A stretch of 64,000 nt of DNA from Candidatus Multivoraceae bacterium (GCA_965219625.1 OZ244782.1:484712-548711); one strand, 5' to 3'; shown: positions 46,663 to 58,320, numbered from the stretch's first letter. A program made the numbers and translations. The notes: generated by a model from the letters alone, not told the origin.

Positions 46663-49600
46663 TCAACGTTCGAGCCGCCCCCTCGCCGGCGGTTCGCTGC
46701 AGGCGGCGATTCGCGTGAGCTGGATCTCGTCGAACCACGCGTCGCCCTGGTTGTCCCCGTCCCGCGCGGCGCGGATCCGCACACCGCCGACGGAGGCGGG
46801 TATGCACTTCGTCACCGCCCGGCATTCCCACGCTCCGACGGAGCTGGCCACGACGTGCGCGTCCTCGAACGAAGCGTCACGGCCACGACCGTCGTCGAAG
46901 TCGACGAACACGTTGTCGCCCGCGTGCTCGCGCAGCACGCAGGCCGACAACTCGTAGACGCCGCCCTCAACCGGAATCCACTCCGCGGCGACCGCGGAAT
47001 CCGAACCCACGTCGCCGCCGGACACGGCGCCGCGAAGCAACAGGCCCCAGGAACCCGAGTCGGCCGAATCGGCCGAGGAACCCGGCCCGGCAGGCGAACG
47101 CGCAACGACCGCGTCTCCCGAATCCGACGTCCAACCTGGCGCCGCGGACATCCTCACCTCGCCGCCCTCCAACTCGGAAGCAACGTCGTCCAGGCCGCCG
47201 TTCACCACCGCCGTCTTCGGCCAGCCCGGAGAGAACGGATCGAACCACGGCGAACTCGGACGATAGGACGGCACAGGCACGAGCGACTCCTCAACCGCCC
47301 ACCACTCCGCAACTTCCCCCGGACCGGACGCCGAGCGACGCGAATACACCGCGCCACGGCCACGAGCCAGGTAGAACTCGTCGTACGCCTCCGCCCTGCT
47401 CGCATCCGCCCAGAAGCGGACCTCCAGCACGTCCTCGAACGTCAGACCGCCAACCACCGGCGCCGTGAACGACGCGTGGTGAGCGACGACCTCCAGGCGC
47501 ATCGTCGTAGCAAGAGCGCCCGCCTCGTTCCGCAGACGGTTCGACAGGTAACGACCGGTCACCGAACTCTCCAACACGTCGCCTACCGCCATGTAGCGGT
47601 TCATCCACCGGAACGGCCTGTCGAGCGACACGCTCAGGCGATCCGAAGACCCGCCCTCGACCGTGCCCCAGTAGTCCAAGCCGCCTTCCGTCTCCTCGAA
47701 CAGGTCGTACCGATCTCCCCCCGGAGTCCCCAAGAGCGCCATCGGACGGCCCCACAGCTCACCTCGCCAGAAGGACCGAAGCTCGTGGGAGTCCGCGGCA
47801 GGCCACAACCGACCGTCGACCAGGCGGCTCCGCACCCCCGAAGCGCTCCCGTGAGGCGACAGCCAGTACTCGAACATGTCGAACAGGTCGCCCGACGTCG
47901 TCGAGGGCTCGGACGAATCGGATGGCTCCACCAGCCCGGGATCCACTCCGCCGGCACGCGACGACGCGGCGGCCGAACCGACGGCCCCCTCGGACACCTC
48001 GATCGTGAACGTAAGCGTCGCCGAGTTCCCGTTCCCGTCCGACGCCGTGTACGTGTACGCCGTCTCCGCCTGAACCGCCGTCGGCGTACCGGACAACGTC
48101 CGCGTCGACGCGGAGAAACTCACGCCCGCCGGAAGGCCAGGCGTCACCGCGTAACTCAACGCGCCGCCCGTACCGGTCGCCGCCGGCAAGACGACGGACC
48201 CAACCGCCTCGTCCCTCACCCATGTCTGCGCCGCGATCGTCTCGTCCCCGAACGACGGGTCCTCCACCGCGATCGTCACGCTTCCCGTCGACTCGCCGAA
48301 CCACGCCACGCCGTCATGCACCATCTTCCACTCGAACGCATGCGGGCCTACCGTCGACGGCGCCGTGATCTCCAACGTGAAGTCCACCGTCTCTCCCGGC
48401 CCGACGCTTGCCGACACGTCCGCGTCGTCCGCGCTCGCCGGCAGCTCCACACGGTTCAAACCCCACGTCACGTTGTCTTGAGGGTTCTCTGAGCCCAGCC
48501 GGTACCCCTCGGCTTCCGTCCACGTCGTCGTCCCCACATTCTTCATCGTCACCGTCACCGACGCCGTCGAACCCGCCGCCATCTTCGAAGGCACACCGGA
48601 CGTCGACACGAAGGACGCATCGTCCACCAGGACCGCCTCTACCGTCATGCTGAACGTCAACGACGCCGAATCCCCGCCCGCGTCCGTCGCCGTGTACACG
48701 TACGCCGTCGTCGCCATCGCGTCCGTCGGCGTACCGGAGATCGTCCGCGTCGACGCGGAGAAACTCAAACCCGCCGGCAGTGCAGGAGAGAGCGAGTAGC
48801 TCAACGCACCGCCCCTACCGCTTGCCGCCGGCAAAACGACCGCCTCGATTGCCTCATCCTGCACATACGTCGCGTCCGCGATCGTCTGATCACCGAACGA
48901 CGGGTCCTCCACCTCGATCGTCACGCTCCCCGTCGGCTCGCCGAACCACGCCACGCCGTCATGCACCATCCGCCACGCAAACGCGCGCGCGCCGACCGTC
49001 GACGGCGCCGTGATCGTAAACGTAAAGTCCACCGTCGCGTTCGGCACAACGCTCACAGGACCGTCCGCGCTGACCGGCAGATGCGCCCGATTCGTACCCC
49101 ACGTCACGTTGTCCTGAGAATCCTGCGAGCCCAGGCGATACAACTTCGCCTCCGTCCACGTCGTCGTCCCCACATTCTTCATCGTCACCGTCACCGACGC
49201 CGTCGAACCCGCAACCATCTTCCCCGGCACACCCGACCAAGAGACGAACGATGCGTCGTCCACGGGAAACGCCGCCACCCTGATGCTGAACGTCAACGAC
49301 GTCGAATTCCCGGCCCCGTCCGTCGCCGTGTACGTGTACGCCGTCGCCGCTTGAACCACCGTCGGCGTCCCGGACAACGTCCGCGTCGACTCCGTAAACG
49401 TCAGCCCCGCTGGCAGCGGAGGAGTCACCGCGTAACTCAACGCACCGCCCGAACCGCTCGCCGCAGGCAACACGACCGGCTCGATCGGAACGTCCTTCAC
49501 ATACGTCTGGTCGATGATCGTCTGATCACCGAACGATGGGTCCTCCACCTCGATCATCACGCTGCCCGTCGACGAGCCGAACCACGCCACGCCGTCGCGA

Positions 49601-52600
49601 ACCATCCGCCACTCGAACGCATGCGGGCCTACCGTCGACGGCGCCGTGATCTCGAACCTGAACTCCACCGTACCCTTCGGAGGCACGATCACCGGAGCGT
49701 CAACGCTCCCCGGCAGATGCGCCCGATTCGTCCCCCACGTCGTGTTGTCTCGAACGCTCTCCGAACCCAGACGATAAAGCCCCGCCTCGGCCCACGTCGT
49801 CGTCCCCACATTCTCCATCGTCACCGTCACCGTCGCCGTCGAACCCACTGCCATCTTCGAAGGAACCCCGGACGTCGACACGAACGAAGCGTCGTCCACC
49901 GGAATCACCTCCACCTCGATCGCCCCCCCGCTCGGCGTCGACGAGCCGAACCATGCCACGCCGTCACGAACCATCTGCCACACGAAACCGTAGCTCCCAG
50001 CCGCCGACGGCGCCGTGATCGTGAACGTGAACTCCGCCGTCGTGTTCGGCGCCACCTCGCCAGGCAACGGCACCCGGTTCAAACCCCACGTCAGGTTGTC
50101 CTGATTGCCTTGCGAACCCAAGGAGTACCGATCCGACGACCGCCACGTCGTCGTACCCACATTCTCCATCCGCACCGTCACCGACGCCGTCGTACCCGCC
50201 GCCATCTTCGACGGAACCCCAGACGTCGACACGAACAACGCGTCGTCCGCCGACACCGACGCGACCCGAATGTGAAACGCAAGCGACGCCGAGTTCCCGG
50301 CCCCGTCCGTCGCCGTGTACGTGTACTCCGTCTCAGGCATCGTCGCCGTCGGCGTCCCCGACACCGTACGCGTCGACTCCGTGAAACTCACACCCGCCGG
50401 CAGGGCAGGAACGAGCGAGTAGCTCAACGCTCCGCCCGTACCGCTCGCCGCAGGCAACACGACCGGCTCGATCGGAACGTCCTTCACCCACGTCTGGTCG
50501 ACGATCGTCGCGTCGCCGAACGACGGGTCTTCCACCTCGATCGTCACGCTACCCGTCGACGAGCCGAACCACGCGACGCCGTCGCGGACCATCTGCCACT
50601 CGAAAGCTCGACTGCCCGTCGTCGACGGCGCCGTCATCGCCAACGTGAAGTCCACCGTCGTGTTCGGAGGCACGCTGACGGAACGGCCGGGAGCCTTCGG
50701 GTCCGCTGGCAGAGACACCCGATTCACACCCCAGGTCAGATTGTCCTGAACGTTCTGCGAACCCAGGCGATAGGAACCCGTCTCGCTCCACGTCGTCGTC
50801 CCCGCATTCTCCATCGTTACCGTCACCGCGAACGTCGAACCCGCAGCCACCTTCGAAGGTACCCCCGACCAAGACACGAACGAAGCGCCGTCACGAGACA
50901 CCGCCTCCACCGTGATGTGGAACGTCAACGACGCCGAATTCCCCTTCCCGTCCGTCGCCGTGTACGTGTACTCCGTCTTCGGCATCGTCGCCGAAGGAGT
51001 CCCCGACACCGTCCGCGTCGACTCCGTGAAACTCACTCCCGGCGGCAGAACAGGAACGAGCGAGTAGCTCAACGCTCCGCCCGTACCCCTCGCCGCAGGC
51101 AACACGACCGGCTCGATCGGAACGTCCTTCACCCACGTCTGGTCGACGATCGTCGCGTCACCGAACGACGGGTCCTCCACCGCGATCGTCACGCGACCCG
51201 TCGACAAGCCGAACCACGAAACGCCGTCGCGCACCATCTGCCACTCGAAACCGTAGCTACCCACGACCGCCGGCGCCGTGATACCGAACGTGAAGTCAAC
51301 CGTCGCACCCGGAGCCACCTCGCCGGGCAACGGCGCACGATTCCGACCCCACCTCACGTTGTCCTGCGGATCCTGCGAACCCAGACGGTACTCGCCCGAA
51401 GGCGTCCACGTCGTCGTCCCCTCGTTCTTCATCCGCACCGTCACCAAAGACGTCGTACCGGCAACCATCTTCCCAGGCACACCAGACCACGAAACGAACG
51501 ACGCATCGTCCTCCAACGACGCAACGACTTCGATCGTGAACGTGAGCGACGCGGACGAACCAACCCCGTCCGTCGCCGTGTACGTGTACTCCACCGCGTC
51601 CTGCAACTCCGTCGGCGTCCCTGACACCGTACGCGTCGACTCCGAGAAACTCACCCCCGTCGGCAACGCAGGCGTCAGCGAGTAGCTCAAAGCCCCGCCC
51701 GTGCCGCTCGCCGAAGGCAACACGACCGGCTCAAGGGGCACGTCCTTCACCAGCGTTTGATCCGGAATCGTCCAGTCGCCGAACGACGGGTCTTCCACCT
51801 CGATCGTCACGCTACCCGTCGACGAGCCGAACCACGCGACGCCGTCGCGGACCATCTGCCACTCGAAAGCTCGACTGCCCGTCGTCGACGGCGCCGTCAT
51901 CGCCAACGTGAAGTCCACCGTCGTGTTCGGAGGCACGCTGACGGAACGGCCGGGAGCCTTCGGGTCCGCTGGCAGAGACACCCGATTCACACCCCAGGTC
52001 AGATTGTCCTGAACGTTCTGCGAACCCAGGCGATAGGAACCCGTCTCGCTCCACGTCGTCGTCCCCGCATTCTCCATCGTCACCGTCACCGCGAACGTCG
52101 AACCCGCAGCCACCTTCGAAGGTACCCCCGACCAAGACACGAACGAAGCGCCGTCACGAGACACCGCCTCCACCGTGATGTGGAACGTCAACGACGCCGA
52201 ATTCCCGGCCCCGTCCGTCGCCGTGTACGTGTACTCCGTCTTCGGCATCGTCGCCGAAGGAGTCCCCGACACCGTCCGCGTCGACTCGGAGAAACTCACC
52301 CCCGTCGGCAGAGCAGGCGTCAGCGAATAGCCCAACGCTCCGCCCGTACCCCTCGCCGCAGGCAACACGACCGGCTCGATCGGAACGTCCTTCACCCACG
52401 TCTGGTCGACGATCGTCGCGTCACCGAACGACGGGTCCTCCACCGCGATCGTCACGCGACCCGTCGACAAGCCGAACCACGAAACGCCGTCGCGCACCAT
52501 CTGCCACTCGAAACCGTAGCTACCCACGACCGCCGGCGCCGTGATACCGAACGTGAAGTCAACCGTCGCACCCGGAGCCACCTCGCCGGGCAACGGCGCA

Positions 52601-55600
52601 CGATTCCGACCCCACCTCACGTTGTCCTGCGGATCCTGCGAACCCAGACGGTACTCGCCCGAAGGCGTCCACGTCGTCGTCCCCTCGTTCTTCATCCGCA
52701 CCGTCACCAAAGACGTCGTACCGGCAACCATCTTCCCAGGCACACCAGACCACGAAACGAACGACGCGTCGTCCACAACGAACGCCGCCACCTCAAGCGA
52801 AAACGGAAGCTCAGCCGCGTCACCGTCACGGTCCGTCGACATGTACGTGTACCCCGTCTCCGGCTGAACCTCCGTCGGCGTGCCAGAAAGCACCCGCGTC
52901 AAGCCGTCGAACTCCAAACCCGAAGGCAGCGACTCGACAACCTCGTACGTCAGCTCCCCGTTCCCGCCAACCGCCGCCGGCAGCGTCACCGGAACCATCG
53001 GCTCGTTCAGGGTGAGGAACTGCGGAACGATCGTCTGAACCCCGAACTCCGGCGCCGAGTCCTCCTCCACCGCGATCAACAACGGGAGCGAATCCTCGTC
53101 TCCGTCACGGTCCCCAACCGTGTACGCATACTCCGTCGCCGGCTGAACCGCCGTCGGCGTGCCGGAAAGCACTCGCGTCGCGGCCTCGAACTCCAAACCC
53201 GAAGGCAGCGACTCGACGATCGCGTACGTCAGCTCCCCGTTCCCGGCGACCGCGGACGGCAGCGTCACCGGCGACATCGGCTTGTTCAGGCTGAGGAACA
53301 GCGGATCGATCATCGTGACCTCGAACCCAGGAGCGGAGTCCCCTTCCACCTCGATGCTGACGACAAGCGACGCCTCGTCGCTGTCGCGGTCCGTCGCCGC
53401 GAACGTGTAGTCCGTCGCCGGCTGGGCCGTCGTCGGCAGGCCGGAGAGACCGCACGGCGGGGTCGGGTCGAGCGTCACACCCGCCGGCAACGCGGGAGAC
53501 TCCGGCGCCACGGAACATGTCACGTCCGCATTCCCGCCCGTCACGCCGAGGCTCAGGTCGACCGACGTCCTGCCTTCCGTCCACACGACCGGACTCTCGA
53601 CCGCGCCGAACGTCGGCGTCGTGTCCGGTTCCACCTCGATCGTCAACAGGAGCCAATCCTCGTCACCATCGCGGTCCGCAACCGTGTACGTGTAAGGCGT
53701 CTCCGGCTGCACCGCCGTCGGCGTGCCGGAAAGCGCCCGCGTCGTAGCCTCGAAGGCCAAACCCGAAGGCAGCGACTCGACGATCGCGTACGCCAGCTCC
53801 CCGTTCCCGGCGACGGCCGACGGCAGCGTCACCGGCGACATCGGCTTGTCCTGGCTCAGGATCAGCGGAGCGATCGACTCGTCTTCGAACCCAGGAGCGG
53901 AGTCCCCTTCCACCTCGATGCTGACGACAAGCGACGCCTCGTCGCCGTCGCGGTCCGTCGCCGCGAACGTGTAGTCCGTCGCCGGCTGGGCCGTCGTCGG
54001 CAGGCCGGAGAGACCGCACGGCGGGGTCGGGTCGAGCGTCACACCCGCCGGCAACGCGGGAGACTCCGGAGTCACGGAACATGTCACGTCCGCATTCCCG
54101 CCCGTCACGCCAAGGCTCAGGTCGACCGACGTCCTGCCTTCCGTCCACACGAGCGGACTCTCGACCGCGCCGAACGTCGGCGTCGTGTCCGGCTCCACCT
54201 CGATGCTGACGACGAGCGTCGCCGTGTCCCCGTCGTAGTCCGTCGCCGTGAACGTGTAGTCCTCCGCCCCTTGAACCGCCGTCGGCGTACCCGAGAGAAT
54301 GCACGGAGCGGTCGGCTCGAGCGTCACGCCCGAGGGCAGCGCGGGAGACTCCGACGTCAACGTGCATGTCGGCCCGAAATTGCCGTCCTCCAGGCCGAGA
54401 CTCACCTCGACCGGTCGGTTCTCCGTCCAGACCTGACTCCCGACCTGCCCGAACACCGGAGACGTGTCCGGCACGACGCCGATCGTGAACTCCCGCGAAG
54501 CAACGTCACCGTCGTCGTCCGTTGCCGTCCACGTGTACGTCCTCGGCGCCTGCGGCGCCGTCGGAACACCCGAAATCACCCGGCCCGACCGGGACATCCC
54601 AGCCGGCAGAACGGCGGAGAGACTGTACGTCAACGGCTGGTTCCCGCCCGTCGCCGCCGGCAGCGTCATCGAGCCCGGATAACCGACGATCCACGTCCGC
54701 GAGGGGAACCACTCCAGGACCGGCGTCTTGTCTTCCAAGACCGTCACGGTCACCGTCGCGGATTGGTAAACCTCGGGGCCGGCCAGCGTGATCAACCATA
54801 TGCCGGCCTCGTGGCCATATGCCGGCCTCGTGGCCGCTCACCGACACCTGCTGCGGCGAAGAGTAGTTCGATGCGTCGAAGTCCAGGCTGGAGGGACTCG
54901 CCGACACCTTCGAGATGTCCTCCTCGGTCACCGTCACCGTAGCGCCACCCGTGGACGGCGGCTCTGACAGGGACGCTCCGAAGGTCACCGACTCCCCCTC
55001 GATCACGGTCAAGTACAGAGGTTCCGGCGGACCGAGATCATCCAAACGAATCGTACCTAAATCAATGTACGGGCGCGGTTGGTCGACCACCGTTACGTCC
55101 ACCGTCACTGTCGAGTCGCACCCGCCGCCGATTGAAGTCAGGGTGACCGAGGTCTGCTCGTCGTTCCGGTCGTCGTCCCACACACCTTCCAGCGTAATCT
55201 GCTGCGCGGCCGCACTCGTGAATTGGAGGGGCGAATCGGAGGCGTTCTTCAGCTTGACCGCGCCCAGATCGTTGATTACGACGGGCACATTTACCCGGCC
55301 TGTCGGCGTCCTGGACAGCGAGACGGTCAAGTCGGCTTCGCCGCCTTCGACCAAGACCAGCGGATTCGGCGACACGACCAGACTGCACGGCGGCCCGACC
55401 GTGATGTCGAACGTCACGACGCCCGCGTCGGTCGGGGCCGTGTTGCCGTCCGCGTCCGTCGCCGTGAACGTGTACGCCGCCGTGTCCTCATCCGCAGACG
55501 GCGTCCCCGACACCGTGCATGACGAAGCGTCCAGCGACACCCCTGCCGGCAATGCCGGCGCGTTCGAGCAGGTCACATCTCCATTGCCGCCCGTCACCCC

Positions 55601-56272
55601 GAGGTCCAGATCGACAGCCACACCCGTCGTCCAGTCCTGATCCGCGATGCTCCCGAACGTCGGCACCGTGTCCGTACCCACCCAGATCGTCCGGGCCGAC
55701 GTCGAGTCGCCGAACGGCGTCGAGCCGACGAAACCGGAAACCGCGGGCGAGGACGCAACAACAGGTCCCGGATTCGGGCCCGGGTTCGTCTCGGTGATCC
55801 TGCGCATGCGAAACTGAAAGCTGTAGCTCCCAGCGGTCGAAGGCGCCGTGATCGTGAACGTGAAGTCGTGGACGGCGTCCGGCGCCACGGTGCCGAAGAC
55901 CGGCACGCCGGCCACTGTCGACCCGCTGTCGAGACCCCAGGTATCGCCGACCCAAAACAACGTAAAGAACGTCACTGTGTTCGGGAGGAACCGAGTCGAC
56001 CAGCTCTGCGTCCCCGTGTTCTTCATGCGGACCGTCACTGTCCTCGTCTCGCCGGGCGACATGAACTCCGACGCGGACGGCAAGCCGGTCCAGGACACGA
56101 ACTCCGCATCGTCGGCGCCCATCGCTGGCGACACCATGAAGCCGAGCGCCAGACAAGCCGCCGCGACCGCCACAAGCCGAGTCCCACCGTGGTGCTGCAT
56201 CGTTCTGCTCCCGCTCATCATCCGCCTCCTCGCGTCTGATTCACTACCGCTCATCCGAACCGTCCTCTTCAA
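46663..56272 (-). CDS. giant secreted cell-surface repeat protein (~3,200 aa): signal peptide, FW domains alternating with CADG/He_PIG Ig-like domains, CBM4/9-like C-terminus; frameshifted here by a 19-bp tandem duplication
   Basis: ORFs 54506-56272 and 46663-54795 fuse in frame (…SVSGHEAGIW|LITLAGPEVYQ…) when one copy of the 19-bp repeat at 54797-54834 is removed. N-terminal signal peptide (MKRTVRMSGSES…LALGFMVSPAMGA). At least 20 repeats of the LPxGxxFxxxTRxxSGTPTxxQxxTxYTYTATDxxGxxAS type (dystroglycan-type cadherin-like). Repeats with four or five conserved Trp residues (ASFVSWSGVP…NxGTTTW…YRLGSQ…WG…FEWQMVRDGVxWFG) match the FW/NBR1-like domain. The C-terminus ends …GDAWFDEIQL, like CBM4/9 modules. 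Confidence 0.8.
50512..53037. repeat. two tandem near-identical 1,263-bp (421-aa) units inside the giant gene; each unit encodes FW-CADG-FW-CADG
   Basis: Shadow ORFs 50549-50872/51812-52135, 50891-51136/52154-52399 and 51296-51490/52559-52753 are pairwise near-identical with a constant 1,263-bp offset. The encoded protein shows two ~421-aa blocks that are almost identical. Unit boundaries are approximate. Confidence 0.7.
54797..54834. repeat. perfect 19-bp tandem duplication (CATATGCCGGCCTCGTGGC x2) inside the giant gene, causing a +19 frameshift
   Basis: Units at 54797-54815 and 54816-54834 are identical. Deleting one unit restores a single reading frame across 46663-56272. Confidence 0.9.
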
Positions 56273-58320
56273 CTACGCCCAGCCCGCCAGCCGGCGCACC
56301 GACTTCGCCCGACCGCGCCTCGCACACCTCCGAAAACGCGGTCACGTCGACCACCGCGGCAGACGGTTTGCCGGCCTCCCGTCTGTATCTCTTGGACTCA
56401 TACGTCTCCAGGTCCAAGACACCGAGAGAGAGCCGCAGGTCCGTCGCCGAGGCCGCGAGCACCCAATGGTGACCGTTCACCGCACAGCCGTCCAGCACCT
56501 TGACGAGCACCTCCCAATTCTCCGGGCCGAAGAAGTAGACGATGCCCGACTCGTCCGTGCCTACAGAGGCTACCCTCGCGCCTATACGCTCCCCCGTCTC
56601 TGACCAGTAGTCCACCCAGACCGAGTAACGACGATTCCGGAGACACAGCCTCGTTTCCGTCGGCACGCACGGGCCGACCGCCTCCTCCGCCACAACAGAA
56701 ACCGGCGCCTCGGCCGCCGCCGACCAGCCGCTCCCATCCGACAACGAAGCAGCAGCGGCGGCAGACGCCGCCCCAGCCTCCGAGCCGTCGCAGGCCCTCG
56801 GAAACGCGTTCACGTCGACGATCGCCGGCGCCGGAGACCCCGGCTCGTTCTCGTACGCGCGGAACGCACCCGTCGCCGTGTCCGTTACCCGAATCCGGTA
56901 CCCGAGGTCCGTCGTCGACGCCCCGAGCACCCACACCCGGCCGTTCACCGAACAACCGTCGAGCACCTTGATCAAGACCTCCCAGTTCTCAGGGTCAAAG
57001 AAAGACAGCAACCCCGAGTCGTTCGTACCCACGGGAACGACCGCCGCCCGCCCCGAATCCCCGTCCAGGCTCCACCACTCCGCCGTCACCTCGAAACGGG
57101 AATCCCGAAGGCAACGCGTCTCCCCGTCCGCAGCGCACGTCCCCGCCGGAGACGCCGCCTCGACGAACACCGTCCGCGAAGCGGATGACGAATCCGAACC
57201 GTCGCTAAACGTCAGAACCACTTCATAGAACCCCGGGGAGGACCAGGAGTGGACCGGCGACTCCAGCCGAGACGTCGTCCCATCGCCGAAGTCCCACGTC
57301 CGCTCCGTCGCTGAAGCGTCGCTCGTATCGACGAACGTGACCGGTTCGCCCGTCACCGTGCGGCAGAGCTCCGCCCCCGCACAAGGCGCACCGAAGTCGA
57401 ACGAAGGCGCAGGAATCGCAACCGTACGCGCACGCACCGTCGCCGGCGGACCGGCGCCGCGCCCCGTCCACGCCCGCACCTGGAACGCGTACTCCCTACC
57501 CGGGTCGAGCCCCGTCGCCCGGTAGCTCCCGGATTCGTTCGGCACCGTCTTCCAGCGGTCCTCCGCAACGTCGAACGGAAGCTCCCGCGCCGGCTTCCAA
57601 CGAACCTCCTGCCGGCCTGCCGTAATCGGCGATTCCACTTCCCATGTCAGATCGACCGCCACGCTCAAGGCCGACGCCGAAAGACCAACGATCTTCGGCG
57701 GCGGAGGGCGCCAGGAACTCCGAGAGTAGCCGCGATCGTTGAACGCGAACACGCGGAACATCTTCCCCGCAGGCACGACGGCCGTCTCCACGTCCGCGGA
57801 CACGACCAGCGCCCTCCTCCAGATTTCGGCGCCATTGCTGACCTGGACTTCAAAGCCCGTCTCGTCGTCCGAGTTGTCGCGCCAGCGAAGCCGCACTGTG
57901 TCACCGAGCCGCTCTTCCGTAACGCCCGACGGCGCCTCAGGCCCGAAACCCCGCGAACCCAGCGTCAGCCGGCCGTATGAAGCTGAACTGCTCTTGCCGG
58001 GGCGATGGGCGACGGCGGTGAACACATAGCGGCCGCCGCGCGCCAAGTTCTCGAAGTCCACCCGACCGCGACCCTCGGCGACCTGAACCGAATCGCCCCA
58101 CCCCTCCAAACTCGCGAAAACCGAGTGAGACTCGGCCTCTGCGTCGGGCGCCCAGGAAACCCGTGCCGTCGTCGGACCGGCGGCGGTCACCGCAAAGCCC
58201 GCGACGCCGAGCGCGGCGTCTTCATCGCCCGAAGGCAACGTCACGACATCGCTGCTCTCGGATTCGCCCCACTTGTTCCACGCGACCACCTGCACGCCGT
58301 ACTCCGCGTTCGCGTCACGC
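56135..58320. repeat. segmental duplication, copy A (3' ~2.2 kb of the metalloprotease gene plus the first 138 nt of the giant gene)
   Basis: Near-identical to 60440-62587 at a 4,305-bp offset (identical shadow ORFs 56398-56955 / 60703-61260). Identity is 100% over the 3' ~1.3 kb and decays toward the 5' side. Confidence 0.85.

Noticed and set aside
46663-54795. Highly periodic repeats that might be mistaken for a CRISPR array or satellite
   Set aside because: The periods are 300-1,263 bp, not 28-37 bp. The repeats are all in one long open reading frame and translate to recognisable protein domains (CADG/FW). No short direct-repeat/spacer structure and no cas genes are present.
48961-54942. 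Very long plus-strand ORFs (887 and 1,061 aa) rich in Arg/His/Pro
   Set aside because: They are antisense shadow ORFs of the giant minus-strand gene, with Arg/Pro/His-rich low-complexity translations and no domain signatures. The same applies to 7638-8822(+), 12362-14431(+), 28049-30769(+), 36145-37905(+) and similar entries.
46663-56272. Diversity-generating retroelement targeting the FW/Ig-like repeats
   Set aside because: No reverse transcriptase, template repeat or adenine-specific mismatch pattern between repeats is visible in the window. Variation between repeats is spread across all codon positions.
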